Shown here: piece after piece, positions 24,682-35,452 of the stretch
How the letters are laid out: each line of letters starts with the position of its first letter
Numbering within the stretch: position 1 is the stretch's first letter
NCBI GenBank assembly: GCA_038322875.1
Contig: JBBQGI010000003.1
Location: 820 to 64,819 of the forward strand
DNA: 64,000 bases
Direction: 5' to 3'
Source of the DNA: Candidatus Limnocylindria bacterium
GTDB taxonomy: Bacteria > Chloroflexota > Limnocylindria > QHBO01
Position numbers and translations under genes: made by a program
The notes under the pieces: model-generated
Databases searched by the model: none
Seen by the model: only the letters and a program-made list of their open reading frames with translations
Told to the model about the DNA's origin: nothing

Positions 24682-25605
24682 TCAGATTGGTCGGCGCCGC
24701 CACACAACCCACGCGGCCAGTCCGGTCGACCCAGAGGTGACGACCGCCAGAACGCCCGCTTCACGAGCTACCCACGTCCAATAGTCGCTACCAGGAATCA
24801 TCAAGTACCGGCCGAATTCCGTCCCGGGCGGCAGATTTTCGATATTTCGCTCCGTGGTCACCGTCCCGTCCGGAAGGATCGCCACTGGCCCGAGCGTCAT
24901 CCCGTTTATGAACGGCGAATCCGGCGTGAGATCTGAAGGGTCGATCACGACTGCCTCAGCGCGACGCCAGACATCCAGGGCAAGCGTCACTCCGACGATG
25001 ACGCTCGCGGACAAGGCAATGGCTACCAAGACCGCCGGCAGTGTGCGGCCGAGGAAGGCACCCGCAAGGACTGCAAGTAGAAGCGCCACGATGCCCCTCA
25101 TCGGGACAATCAAGCCTCGCTGATCGTACCGAAGCAGGCCCGGGTCATCCCCCGCGAGGCGGGTCCAAGCCAGTTGCTCACTGGCCGCCGCCATCACCAG
25201 CAATAGCGCCACTGCAACCAGCAGCAACGGCCAGACTCGGCCTGCCAACCAACCGACACGATTGACGGCAAGGGACCAGGAGAGTTGAGCCGTGCGGAGT
25301 TCCAATTCGCGAGCCACGATCGGGACTCCCAGGACAACCCCCGCGAGCATCGGCGCAGGCACGACGAGCCACATCGCCAGGCTTGCGCTTTGGTCCCAGA
25401 TGGCGAACTGCGGCTGCACGACACCGCAATTGGTTGCGTTCACTGCCGTAAGCCGGAAGCAGCTTGGATATTGGGCGGCGAGCCCGCCTAGCCGCCAGCC
25501 GATGAAGAGCACCGCCGCCAACCAGGCGCTTACCGCCAAGACGATCGCGGTCACCTCAAAACGGTGGAGCCGGAATACCAGTCGCATCCAGGTCAAGCTC
25601 CTCAA
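24682..25605 (-). CDS. ABC-2 type transporter permease
   Basis: 307 aa; 6 TM; coupled by an ATGA overlap to the upstream ATPase. Confidence 0.7.
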   Translation of the reverse strand: MRSLTWMRLVFRLHRFEVTAIVLAVSAWLAAVLFIGWRLGGLAAQYPSCFRLTAVNATNCGVVQPQFAIWDQSASLAMWLVVPAPMLAGVVLGVPIVARELELRTAQLSWSLAVNRVGWLAGRVWPLLLVAVALLLVMAAASEQLAWTRLAGDDPGLLRYDQRGLIVPMRGIVALLLAVLAGAFLGRTLPAVLVAIALSASVIVGVTLALDVWRRAEAVVIDPSDLTPDSPFINGMTLGPVAILPDGTVTTERNIENLPPGTEFGRYLMIPGSDYWTWVAREAGVLAVVTSGSTGLAAWVVWRRRPI

Positions 25606-26456
25606 TTCACGGCCTCCCCCGACTGGCGAAGAGCAGAAAGATGGCCCAACACGATCTCCTCCAGTGAAGCCGGTCGCGACTCCGGAGGTTCGGCAGCACG
25701 TTCATGGTGAATGAGGCTGAGCGCCATCCCGCCGGGGTCGGGGAACTGGCCCACGATCTGTTCCTGGTGACTCACCGACGATATCGAGAAGCACGCCAGG
25801 GCATCCTCAATGGAGGTCTGCAACAGCAGCTTCCCGCTACCTAGCACGATGAGCCGGTCGCACGCCTGCTCAATATCTGTGACGATGTGGGATGAGAGAA
25901 GGGCCGTCGTACCTTCGCCTCTGACGGCGCCGACGACAAGCTGGAGGAATTCGCGCCTGGCGAGCGGATCCAGCTGGGCGAGTGGCTCGTCCAAGAGCAG
26001 AACCTCAGGGTGGGTCGCCAGAGCGATGGACAGGATGACCTGAGCCTGTTGGCCGCCGGAGAGCCGACCGCCTAGGCTTTCGAGCGGAATGCCCAACGCA
26101 TCAAGCCGACTTCGTGCCATTTCGCGGTCGAATGCTGGTCGCAGGAACCCGGCCATGCGCAGGTGCTCCTCGACTGAAAGGCTCTCGTAGAGTGCGGGTG
26201 ACTGGGAGACGTAGCCAACGCGACTCAGTGCGCTTCGCCGGTCGCGCCAGGCGTCATGGCCCGCAACGAGAGCGGAACCGGTGGTGGGTCGCTCAAAGCC
26301 GACCCAACTCCGCAGGAGTGTGGACTTCCCGGCACCATTCGGCCCAACCAGTGCCGTGATGCCGCCTGCGGCGATCTGGAGGTTGATCCCGCGCAATGCC
26401 CATCGGCGGCGCCCAAAGCGCTTGCCGAGGTCATTCGCCCCAAGGATGGGCATCAC
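25602..26456 (-). CDS. ABC transporter ATP-binding protein
   Basis: Walker A (GPNGAGKST), ABC signature (LSGGQQAQV), Walker B (LLLDEP). Confidence 0.9.
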   Translation of the reverse strand: MMPILGANDLGKRFGRRRWALRGINLQIAAGGITALVGPNGAGKSTLLRSWVGFERPTTGSALVAGHDAWRDRRSALSRVGYVSQSPALYESLSVEEHLRMAGFLRPAFDREMARSRLDALGIPLESLGGRLSGGQQAQVILSIALATHPEVLLLDEPLAQLDPLARREFLQLVVGAVRGEGTTALLSSHIVTDIEQACDRLIVLGSGKLLLQTSIEDALACFSISSVSHQEQIVGQFPDPGGMALSLIHHERAAEPPESRPASLEEIVLGHLSALRQSGEAVN

Positions 26457-26574
26457 CGGGAGATTCGGTTCAAGCGACCGAATTGTACCGTGCCAGAACT
26501 ATTGTCGGCGGCCACAATCATGCGATACGGTGACGCTCAACCTATCCTAATTGCCAAGAGGAAGGAGCGTCGCG

Positions 26575-27006
26575 ATGCGAATGAGGGAGTCGACTCACAG
26601 ATCGATCGGGAAGCAGCTGCGGACCCTTGTCGTGGCCGTGGTCTTGGCGAGCGTCACTGTTGCAGGGGCGCCGAAACCAGTATCAGCGTCAACTCCTTGC
26701 TCTGTAACTCTCTTTGCGCCAACGACCAACGGGGTGGTAGCCACGCATGTCGCGTACGGTGACTGCCCGCCTAGCCCCACGATGGATTGGATCAAGGGGC
26801 AGCTTTACAGCCTCTTCTTCGCCTGGCCGACTCTTCAGGCGAGTTGCATTAACAACAACAACAGTTCGAATCCTCAAGGGTGCCAGTCGCAATACAACTG
26901 CAACGGATCAGGGACCCTCGAGCACTTCGGCAAGGTCAACGTCCGTGACATCGCTGGCGGAGAGACAGGCTGGCGCGAAAGCGGGCACGCGTGGCTCACG
27001 TGCTGA
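26575..27006 (+). CDS. small secreted Cys-rich protein (bacteriocin/toxin-like, unknown family)
   Basis: GAGGAAGGAG SD 7 nt upstream of the ATG; Sec signal peptide; ~100 aa mature part with 7 Cys and an NNNNSSN tract; low GC; divergent from the ABC exporter. Confidence 0.55.
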   Translation: MRMRESTHRSIGKQLRTLVVAVVLASVTVAGAPKPVSASTPCSVTLFAPTTNGVVATHVAYGDCPPSPTMDWIKGQLYSLFFAWPTLQASCINNNNSSNPQGCQSQYNCNGSGTLEHFGKVNVRDIAGGETGWRESGHAWLTC

Positions 27007-27060
27007 CGGCCTTCAGCTTATTGCGATAACGCCGGGTACGGAGAACTCGCTTTCTGTCGA

Positions 27061-27669
27061 ATGGCCCGACGCAAGGACATGACTGCGATCACTGCGCTCT
27101 TCGCACTGATCGCAGTCAGCATGTCCGGCTGCCTTGCGCTCCAATCTAGCAGCGATGCCAATAGTCACTCTCGCCTAGTGGCTGCTACTTGGTTTGATGC
27201 GGCCTCCAAGGATCAGCAGAGTCTCCTAGAAGACGAGATCATCACCGCCGATGAGTACGGGCAGGCCCTGAATGCTGGAAGGCGGTGCATGGAAGACAAA
27301 GGGTTCCATGTTTCTCCCCTCCAGGACCTGCCTGATAGAATCCGGCGCGACTTCATCGTCTACGCCGGCACGCGGTCAGATGACGATGTCACCCCCGAAT
27401 GGCAACGGTGTCGCGATCAACACTACGGCGTCGTTGAAGGCATATGGCTTCTCCAGCACGTTCGCCAGGACACGAGCAAGGTCGAGGAAGAACTCCTCAG
27501 GTGTCTCGCTGGCAACAGCATCACGGGAGCTACCATTGGCATGGCCGACTCGGACCTCGTTCAGTTGCTGTACCAGCGGGCGGCTTCGGAGCAGGCGTGG
27601 ACTTGTCGGGAAGTCTTTCTTATCACGTCTGGGAACTTGCAACCACTTCCGCCAGGAGGCCCGCCGTAG
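27061..27669 (+). CDS. lipoprotein (unknown function)
   Basis: Lipobox signal (ALIAVSMSGC|L); low GC; 202 aa. Confidence 0.55.
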   Translation: MARRKDMTAITALFALIAVSMSGCLALQSSSDANSHSRLVAATWFDAASKDQQSLLEDEIITADEYGQALNAGRRCMEDKGFHVSPLQDLPDRIRRDFIVYAGTRSDDDVTPEWQRCRDQHYGVVEGIWLLQHVRQDTSKVEEELLRCLAGNSITGATIGMADSDLVQLLYQRAASEQAWTCREVFLITSGNLQPLPPGGPP

Positions 27670-27865
27670 TCCCCGGCATGGCCAAAGAAGGCTATGACCG
27701 AGCTGGACGACTAACTGGGTCCCCTGATGAGCCGACGGTAAGCATCGGGTAAGGCACAGGGCCCTAGGCTGGCCGTCCTGTCTCCGGAGCCCGCCGTCGA
27801 GTGCCCGGACGTCGGGTTCCGGACAGGTCATCCATTCGCTCGCCTCCCGCGAGGGTGGTGGACCG

Positions 27866-28471
27866 ATGTCCGTCGGCGACCGGATCGCCGTGGCTGCACT
27901 CGCGGCCGCCCTGGTGGCCGTGGGGTTGGGGGCCTGGCTACTGCTCGCTGTCGGAGCGGCCGCGGACCCTGCCGGTCAAGGGGTGCTCGACCCCTTCGGC
28001 GACGCGTCGGCTTCCTTCGCCGCTTCCCTCGACGCTGGTTCGGTGGTCGTCGACGTGGAAGGTGCAGTGCTGCATCCGGGCATCATCGAGCTGCCCGCTG
28101 GGGCGCGCGTGGCCGAGGCACTCGACGCGGCGGGAGGCTATTCACCCCAAGCCGACCTCGTCGCCTCAGCGGCGCAGGTGAACCTGGCGGCGGTGGTGCA
28201 CGACGGCCAGCAGATCGTGGTGCCGACCATCGGCGCACCGGCGGTGGGTGGCGGGACCGGCGACGGTGGGACGAGCGGCGGGCTGGTCAATCTGAATGCG
28301 GCCGGCCCCGATGCCCTCGATGCCCTACCCGGAATCGGACCGGTCACCGTGCAGAAGATCGTGGCCGCTCGCGCTGAGCAGCCATTCGCCACCCTCGACG
28401 AGCTGGTCACGCGCAAGGTCATGACCAATTCGCAGCTCGACAAGATCCGCGATCTCGTAACGCTCGGCTGA
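27866..28471 (+). CDS. comEA: competence protein ComEA (helix-hairpin-helix DNA-binding)
   Basis: N-terminal TM; SLBB-like region; C-terminal tandem HhH (LNAAGPDALDALPGIGPVTVQKIVAAR). Confidence 0.85.
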   Translation: MSVGDRIAVAALAAALVAVGLGAWLLLAVGAAADPAGQGVLDPFGDASASFAASLDAGSVVVDVEGAVLHPGIIELPAGARVAEALDAAGGYSPQADLVASAAQVNLAAVVHDGQQIVVPTIGAPAVGGGTGDGGTSGGLVNLNAAGPDALDALPGIGPVTVQKIVAARAEQPFATLDELVTRKVMTNSQLDKIRDLVTLG

Positions 28472-28487
28472 GCGGCCACCGGCGCCC

Positions 28488-31247
28488 ATGGCGACTCGCT
28501 TCGCCCTTCCTGGGGCCCTGACCGGGATTGCGCTCGGCATTCTCGCAGTCGATGGTCAGGCAGGGTCGTTCGCCCTGCTGGCGGCGCTGCTGGCCGCCGT
28601 GGTCGCAGGACTGCTGGTGCCGCTGCGGAGGCCTGTCGTCGCGATCGCCTGTGTCGGGCTGGCCATCGGCCTGGCGCTCGGCGGCTGGCGCGGCTCCGCC
28701 GCCGCCCTGCCAGCCGGGCCAGCAAGCGTCTCCGGACTCGTGGGGCGGGGCGAGCTGGAGATGGCCGGTACCGTCGTCGACGACCCGCGTCCGCGCGGCG
28801 CCACCCAGCAGGTCGTGCTCGAGGAGATCGTGGCGGCGCGGCCCGATCACCAGGCGGTGCCGATCCGCGGTCGGATCCTGGCCACGATCCCGCGCTCTGT
28901 AGCGGTGGCTGTAGGCAACCGCCTCGCGCTGGTGGCAGCGGTCGAGGCACCTGCCGCATTCGACGGATTCGACTACCCGGCCTACCTGGCCCGCCAGGGA
29001 ATCGGCGGCCTGGTCCGGGTGCGTGGGGCAACGGTCCTCGACGGACCCTCGCGAACCGGCCCTGCGCAGCTCGCCGCAACCGCCCGCCGCTGGTTGCTCG
29101 GCGGCCTCAACGACATGGTCCCCGAGCCCGAGGCGGCGCTCGGCGCCGGGATCCTGCTGGGGGTGCGAAGCAGCATCGCCCCGGAGATCGCCGACGCCTT
29201 CGCCGTCGCCGGCCTGACGCACGTGGTCGCCATCTCCGGCTGGAACATCGCCATCGTGGCGGCGATCGTCGGATCGCTCTTTCGCCCGCTCGAGCAGCGA
29301 CCAGGCGGACACTGGCTGGCGCCGGCGGGCGCGGCGACAGCGATCGGTGCATACGTCGTCCTCACCGGGGCGTCGCCATCGGTGGTCCGGGCTGCGCTGA
29401 TGGCTGGCGCGATGATGGTCGCGCGGCTTGGCGGCACACGCGCGCATGCCGCCTCGGCGCTGAGCCTGGCGGCGGCCGGGATGCTGCTTGCCGCTCCATC
29501 GGTGCTGTGGGATGTCGGCTTTCAGCTCTCGGCACTCGCAACCGCTGGCCTGATCCTGTTTGCGGTGCCGATCGAGGCTCGGCTGGCCGGCTGGCCGGCC
29601 TGGCTGCGCGAGCCGGTGGCGCTGACCCTGGCGGCGCAGCTCACCACCCTGCCGGTCGTGGTCGCGAGCTTCGGCCGACTGTCGCTCGTCGCTCCGGCGG
29701 CGAACGTCGTCGTCGTGCCGATGGTTCCCCTCGTCATGCTGCTGTGCGCCATCGCCGCTCCCGTGGGCGCCGTCGCATCCAGCCTGCATCTGCCGCTGCT
29801 GGGCGACGCTGCGCGGTGGGCGGTCGGCGGCACCGCGTGGCTGGTGCTGCGGACAATGATCCTGGCCGGGCAGGCGGCGGCATCGGTTCCGTTCGCGGCG
29901 CTGCCGGTGACGGCGCCCGGATGGCTGGCGCTCGCCTGGTACCCCGCGCTGGCGCTCAGCTGGCGACGATTTGTCAGCGGGGCGGATCCGCCGGAAACGG
30001 CGCAAACCGAGGCGGAGCTGCTGCCGTTGCGCCTGGTGCGCGGCCGCCCATCGACCCTATCGCGGCTGCTCGAGGGGTTGCGGCCCCTCGCTCGGCCCGC
30101 GACCGGGATGGTTGCCGTCGGCCTGCTGCTGGGCGCCCTCACCGTTCTCGGCCTGCCGGATGGGCGCCTGCACCTGGTCGCGCTGGACATCGGACAGGGC
30201 GACGCGATCCTGGTCACCGCTCCCTCGGGCGCCACCATGCTGGTCGATGGAGGCCCAGACCCGGATCTCCTGCTCCGCCGGCTCGGCGAGCGCCTGCCGT
30301 GGTGGAAGCGGCGGATCGACGTCGTGATTCTCACCCACCCACACGAGGATCACGTCGCGGGGCTGGTCGCGGCACTGGAGCGATACCAGGTCGGCCTCGT
30401 CATCGATGGTGGTCGCGACTACCCGAATCCGAGCTACCACCGATTCCTCGAACTTGCCGCCGAGGAGCCGGGCGCTCGGGTGGCCCTGGCGCGGGCGGGC
30501 CAGCGCATCAGGCTCGATTCGACGACTCTCGTGACCCTCCTGTACCCGACCGCAGCGGACGTCGCGGGGGCACTGCCCCAGGGCGACATCAACAACGCCT
30601 CGGTGGTGGCGCTACTTCGCAGCGGTGCGTTCACGGCGCTCCTGACCGGGGATGCTGAGGCGCCGGTGGAAGCGATGCTGGCCGAGCGCGGATTGCTCTC
30701 GCGCGTGGACGTGCTCAAGGTCGGTCACCATGGCTCGCGGTCCAGCAGCAGCCCGCCGCTGCTCGATGCGACGCAGCCTGGGCTGGCGTTGATCTCCGCC
30801 GGAGTCGACAACGACTACGGACATCCGCACCAGGTGACCCTCGACGGCCTCCGCGCGATACCAGGGCTGCGCCTGCACCGGACCGATCTCGAGGGAGGCA
30901 TCGAGGTGATCAGCGATGGTCTCCGCTACCAGGTCCGCAGCCGCTTGGTCACCGATCCGTGGCGTCCCGCGGTCGGGGCACCGATGCCGGCAGGGCGGCC
31001 GGCGTCTAGCATCACGGGATGGTCGTCCCCACCCTGGTCGATGCCGAACAGCTGCTCGCCTCCTTCGATCTGCCCGCTGGGATCGTCATCCATTCGCGCG
31101 GCGTCAGCCGCGTGGCAGCCGCGGCGGCGCAGCTCCTTGCCGCGGCCGGAGCCACGGTTGATCCGCAGCTCGTCGCGGTCGCCGCCCTGCTGCATGACAT
31201 CGACAAGCTGGAAACCCGAGGCGATGGCGAGCAGCACGGCCTCGTGA
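28488..31247 (+). CDS. comEC: DNA internalisation competence protein ComEC/Rec2
   Basis: Polytopic competence domain plus C-terminal metallo-beta-lactamase domain (HLVALDIGQGDAILV...ILTHPHEDHVAGL); the last ~230 nt overlap the next gene. Confidence 0.85.
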   Translation: MATRFALPGALTGIALGILAVDGQAGSFALLAALLAAVVAGLLVPLRRPVVAIACVGLAIGLALGGWRGSAAALPAGPASVSGLVGRGELEMAGTVVDDPRPRGATQQVVLEEIVAARPDHQAVPIRGRILATIPRSVAVAVGNRLALVAAVEAPAAFDGFDYPAYLARQGIGGLVRVRGATVLDGPSRTGPAQLAATARRWLLGGLNDMVPEPEAALGAGILLGVRSSIAPEIADAFAVAGLTHVVAISGWNIAIVAAIVGSLFRPLEQRPGGHWLAPAGAATAIGAYVVLTGASPSVVRAALMAGAMMVARLGGTRAHAASALSLAAAGMLLAAPSVLWDVGFQLSALATAGLILFAVPIEARLAGWPAWLREPVALTLAAQLTTLPVVVASFGRLSLVAPAANVVVVPMVPLVMLLCAIAAPVGAVASSLHLPLLGDAARWAVGGTAWLVLRTMILAGQAAASVPFAALPVTAPGWLALAWYPALALSWRRFVSGADPPETAQTEAELLPLRLVRGRPSTLSRLLEGLRPLARPATGMVAVGLLLGALTVLGLPDGRLHLVALDIGQGDAILVTAPSGATMLVDGGPDPDLLLRRLGERLPWWKRRIDVVILTHPHEDHVAGLVAALERYQVGLVIDGGRDYPNPSYHRFLELAAEEPGARVALARAGQRIRLDSTTLVTLLYPTAADVAGALPQGDINNASVVALLRSGAFTALLTGDAEAPVEAMLAERGLLSRVDVLKVGHHGSRSSSSPPLLDATQPGLALISAGVDNDYGHPHQVTLDGLRAIPGLRLHRTDLEGGIEVISDGLRYQVRSRLVTDPWRPAVGAPMPAGRPASSITGWSSPPWSMPNSCSPPSICPLGSSSIRAASAAWQPRRRSSLPRPEPRLIRSSSRSPPCCMTSTSWKPEAMASSTAS

Positions 31248-31582
31248 GCGCGCGCTGGATGGCCGAGCGTGGTTATCCCGAGCTGTCCGAGCCGATCGCC
31301 TCACATCCGATCGGCTGCCTGCTCGATCCTGCACGCGCGCCGCGCGGGTGGGACTCCGTGGCCGTGGCGGTCGCCGATCGACACGTCGCCCAGGAGTTCG
31401 TGACCATCGATCAGCGGATCGACGACCAGGCGCGCCGCTACCCCGCCTTCCGGGCCGAGCTGGAGTCGGCCAGGGCGCCAGCGCACAGCATGCAGGCGGA
31501 CCTGGCGACTGCCGCTGGCCTCACCGGCGAGGAGCTCGAGGATCGCTTGCGCGCCGCTTTGACCCAGGGAAGCCTGGCATGA
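31019..31582 (+). CDS. HD-domain phosphohydrolase
   Basis: H...HD motif (IVIHSRGV...LLHDIDK); ATGA overlap with holA. Confidence 0.65.
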   Translation: MVVPTLVDAEQLLASFDLPAGIVIHSRGVSRVAAAAAQLLAAAGATVDPQLVAVAALLHDIDKLETRGDGEQHGLVSARWMAERGYPELSEPIASHPIGCLLDPARAPRGWDSVAVAVADRHVAQEFVTIDQRIDDQARRYPAFRAELESARAPAHSMQADLATAAGLTGEELEDRLRAALTQGSLA

Positions 31583-32613
31583 CGGCATCGCTGCTGCTCG
31601 TCCACGGCGACGACGGCTTCGCCATCGACGAGGCGCTCTCGGCATTCGCCGCGCGGGTCGACGCGGCGGAGCGAAGCGAGATCACTGCCGAGCGAAGCCC
31701 TGACGAGGCTGCCATCGACCGAGCGCGGCTGGAATCGGCCACGGTCGGGATGTTCGGGGCGCACCTGGTGGTGCTGCGCCAGCCGATCGCGGCTGCTGGC
31801 CGCGCCAACTCGTCCACCGACAAGCTGCTAGCGCTGGTGGCGGACCTGCCGGATGGTGCAGCCCTGGCGCTGGCCGAGACGCGGCCTTCGCGCGACGCCG
31901 GCAAGCCGCCGGCGCTCCTGGCGCAGCTCGCCAAGGCAGTGAAAGAGCGAGGCGGAGATGTTGTCCAGGCCGATGCGCCGCGTCGCAACGAGCTGCAATC
32001 CTGGATTCGGGGGCATGCCCAGCGACTCGGCATCGCGATCGAGCCGCGGGCCGCCGCGGTGCTGGCCGAGCGGATCGGGGGTGCCATGTGGGAATCGGAC
32101 GTCGAGCGCGGGCAGCAGACGCGCGTCGCAGACGGCGAGCTGCGCAAGCTGGCGACCTACGCGGGCGAGCGACCCATCACCGCGGCGAACATCGAGGAGC
32201 TCGTGGCCGACACCCGGCCGGCGAGCCTGTACGCCATCACCAATGCCATCGACCGGCGCGAGCCGGCCGCAGCCGCCGCGGCGCTGGAGCGGGCCATGAG
32301 CGAGGGGCAGCCGGTGCTGCGCATCATGGCGGCGTTGGAGGGGAGGATCGCCGACCTGATCGTGGCACGCGACCTGGGCGCCAACGGAGCGACCCCGCAG
32401 GAGCTGACCAAGCGGGTTGGACGTGGCAACCCGCGCACCGCCGAGCGGATCGCGGAATCGGCGAGGCGCTACTCGGCGGCGGAGCTGGAAGGGATGCTGC
32501 GCGGGCTGTTCGAGGCGGACCTGGCGATCAAGACCAACGAGATGGCCGAGGAGCCGGCCGTGGTCGCCTGGCTGGGGGAATACCTGCTGGCCACGCGTCA
32601 GACGCGTGGCTGA
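31579..32613 (+). CDS. holA: DNA polymerase III subunit delta
   Basis: 344 aa from the internal ATG; N-terminal LLLVHGDDGFAIDEAL pattern; conserved comEC-holA synteny. Confidence 0.75.
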   Translation: MTASLLLVHGDDGFAIDEALSAFAARVDAAERSEITAERSPDEAAIDRARLESATVGMFGAHLVVLRQPIAAAGRANSSTDKLLALVADLPDGAALALAETRPSRDAGKPPALLAQLAKAVKERGGDVVQADAPRRNELQSWIRGHAQRLGIAIEPRAAAVLAERIGGAMWESDVERGQQTRVADGELRKLATYAGERPITAANIEELVADTRPASLYAITNAIDRREPAAAAAALERAMSEGQPVLRIMAALEGRIADLIVARDLGANGATPQELTKRVGRGNPRTAERIAESARRYSAAELEGMLRGLFEADLAIKTNEMAEEPAVVAWLGEYLLATRQTRG

Positions 32614-32622
32614 CGGATCGGT

Positions 32623-32895
32623 CTAGGCGGCGCCGGCGCGCAGGACCCGGTCGCTCTGGATGGCGAACGTGCACTGCGACTGGTTGAGGCCCAGGATCCC
32701 GATCAGCTGGCGGTCGACGTACAGCTGCCGACATGGCACGCACAGCGCCCCGGGGATCGCGAAGAAGAGGCGCTCCTCAGCGGAGGTGTCGCGGAACGTG
32801 GTGTCGAAGACGCTGGTCAGCAGCTCACCGCCGCAGAAGCGGCAGCTCTCCGCCGTCGGAGCGTCGTTCGCGAGGGCCGCGATTTGCTTGTCCAT
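32623..32895 (-). CDS. small zinc-ribbon-like protein (two CxxC pairs)
   Basis: 90 aa; CRFCGG ... CVPCRQ. Confidence 0.35.
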   Translation of the reverse strand: MDKQIAALANDAPTAESCRFCGGELLTSVFDTTFRDTSAEERLFFAIPGALCVPCRQLYVDRQLIGILGLNQSQCTFAIQSDRVLRAGAA

Positions 32896-32983
32896 GAGCC
32901 GAGGATGGGATCGACCCGCATCGGGCTCAATAGGAGAGGTGTGGTACTCGCCGGCAGGACCCTCGTAGTACTCGGGGCCCGGA

Positions 32984-33358
32984 TCAGACCAGCCGGACGA
33001 CCTGCGCTGCGTGGCTCCAGAGCCGCTCGAGCCCGTAGTACTCGCGCTCCTCCGGGGCGAAGATGTGCACGATCACGCTGCCGTAGTCGAGGAGCACCCA
33101 GCGGGCGGCCCCCTTGCCCTCGACGCCGATGGGCCGGATCCCCTCGTCGCGCAGCTCGTCGACGATACCGGTCGTGAGCGCCTGCAGCTGTCGGTCGCTG
33201 CGGCCGCTGCAGATGACGAAGAAGTCGGCCATCGAGGTCACCTCGGTCGTTCGCAGCAGCACGATGTCGACCGCCTTGCGGTCCGAGGCGAGGTCGACGA
33301 TCCGATGGGCAAGGTCACTCGGATCGATCTCCGTCAGCCCCGCTGCGCGCTCCTCCAG
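32984..33358 (-). CDS. rsfS: ribosome silencing factor RsfS (Iojap)
   Basis: Conserved DFFVICSG...GVEG...WVLLDYGSVIVHIF core. The conserved N-terminal segment (LAHRIVDLASDRKAVDIVLL) lies upstream of the track's GTG start and has no ATG/GTG/TTG. A CTG at 33358 sits 7 nt after ATAGGAGGAGA. Confidence 0.65.
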   Translation of the reverse strand: MEERAAGLTEIDPSDLAHRIVDLASDRKAVDIVLLRTTEVTSMADFFVICSGRSDRQLQALTTGIVDELRDEGIRPIGVEGKGAARWVLLDYGSVIVHIFAPEEREYYGLERLWSHAAQVVRLV

Positions 33359-33369
33359 GGTGTCTCCTC

Positions 33370-34073
33370 CTATGGCCGTCGATACAGGCCGCGGTCTGCG
33401 ATCAGCTCCTCGACGGCCCGAGGCACAAGGTAGCGGATGGAGCGTCCCGCCGCCACCCGGCGCCGAATCTCAGAGCTGCTCACGTCAAGTGAGGGGCCTT
33501 CCAGCAGGTGGATCCGCGACTCGCGCGCTCCGAAGCGCTCGCGCAGGGCTGCCCGATCCGGGAGCGGCGATCCGGGGCGCGGCCCGACCGCCAACTCGGC
33601 CAGCTCCAGCAGCCGGTCCGGCTCGCGCCAGGTCTCGATCTCGGCGAAGGAGTCGGCGGCCATGATCAGCACCAGCCCCTCCTCGGTGCCGAGCGAGGCG
33701 CGTAGCTCGATCAGCGAATCGACCGTGTAGGAGGGGCCGGGACGCTCCATCTCGACCAGCGTCAGGTCGAGCAGCGGATCGCCGGTGATCGCCACGCGGG
33801 TCATCGTCACGCGATCGGCGGCGTTGCTGGTGGTCTGGCCCCCCTTGTGCGGCGGTCGCGCGGCGGGCATCAGCAGGACGCGTCCGAGCCCCAGGGTATC
33901 GGCGGCCAGGCTGGCCAGCCACAGGTGACCGATGTGCGGCGGATCGAAGGTGCCGCCCAGGATCCCGATCCGCCGGGCGGCGCCGCTCTCGGCAAGACCG
34001 GCGGCCGGCTCCGGCAACGCAGCGCGCAGGCCGGACGTGCGGGCACCTGCCTGGGTGCGGGCCGGCACCGGGC

Positions 34074-34077
<4 letters not shown>
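33370..34077 (-). CDS. nadD: nicotinate-nucleotide adenylyltransferase
   Basis: GGTFDPPHIGH motif; ATGA overlap with the obg stop. Confidence 0.85.
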
Positions 34078-35378
<1,301 letters not shown>

Positions 35379-35452
35379 CGGCCACCGATGATAGCAACCG
35401 GATCAGCCCAGCCCCACGCCACCGAGGGCCCGATGGTGGAGCGAGGACGGAG

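Noticed and set aside
19090-27865. Search for an integrase, transposase or excisionase in the low-GC region
   Set aside because: No ORF shows the R-H-R-Y tyrosine-recombinase signature, a serine-recombinase motif or a DDE transposase pattern. The mobility call therefore stays at remnant/island.
28419-30005. 528-aa ORF antisense to comEC
   Set aside because: Arg/Gly/Asp-rich low-complexity artefact opposite a clear ComEC.
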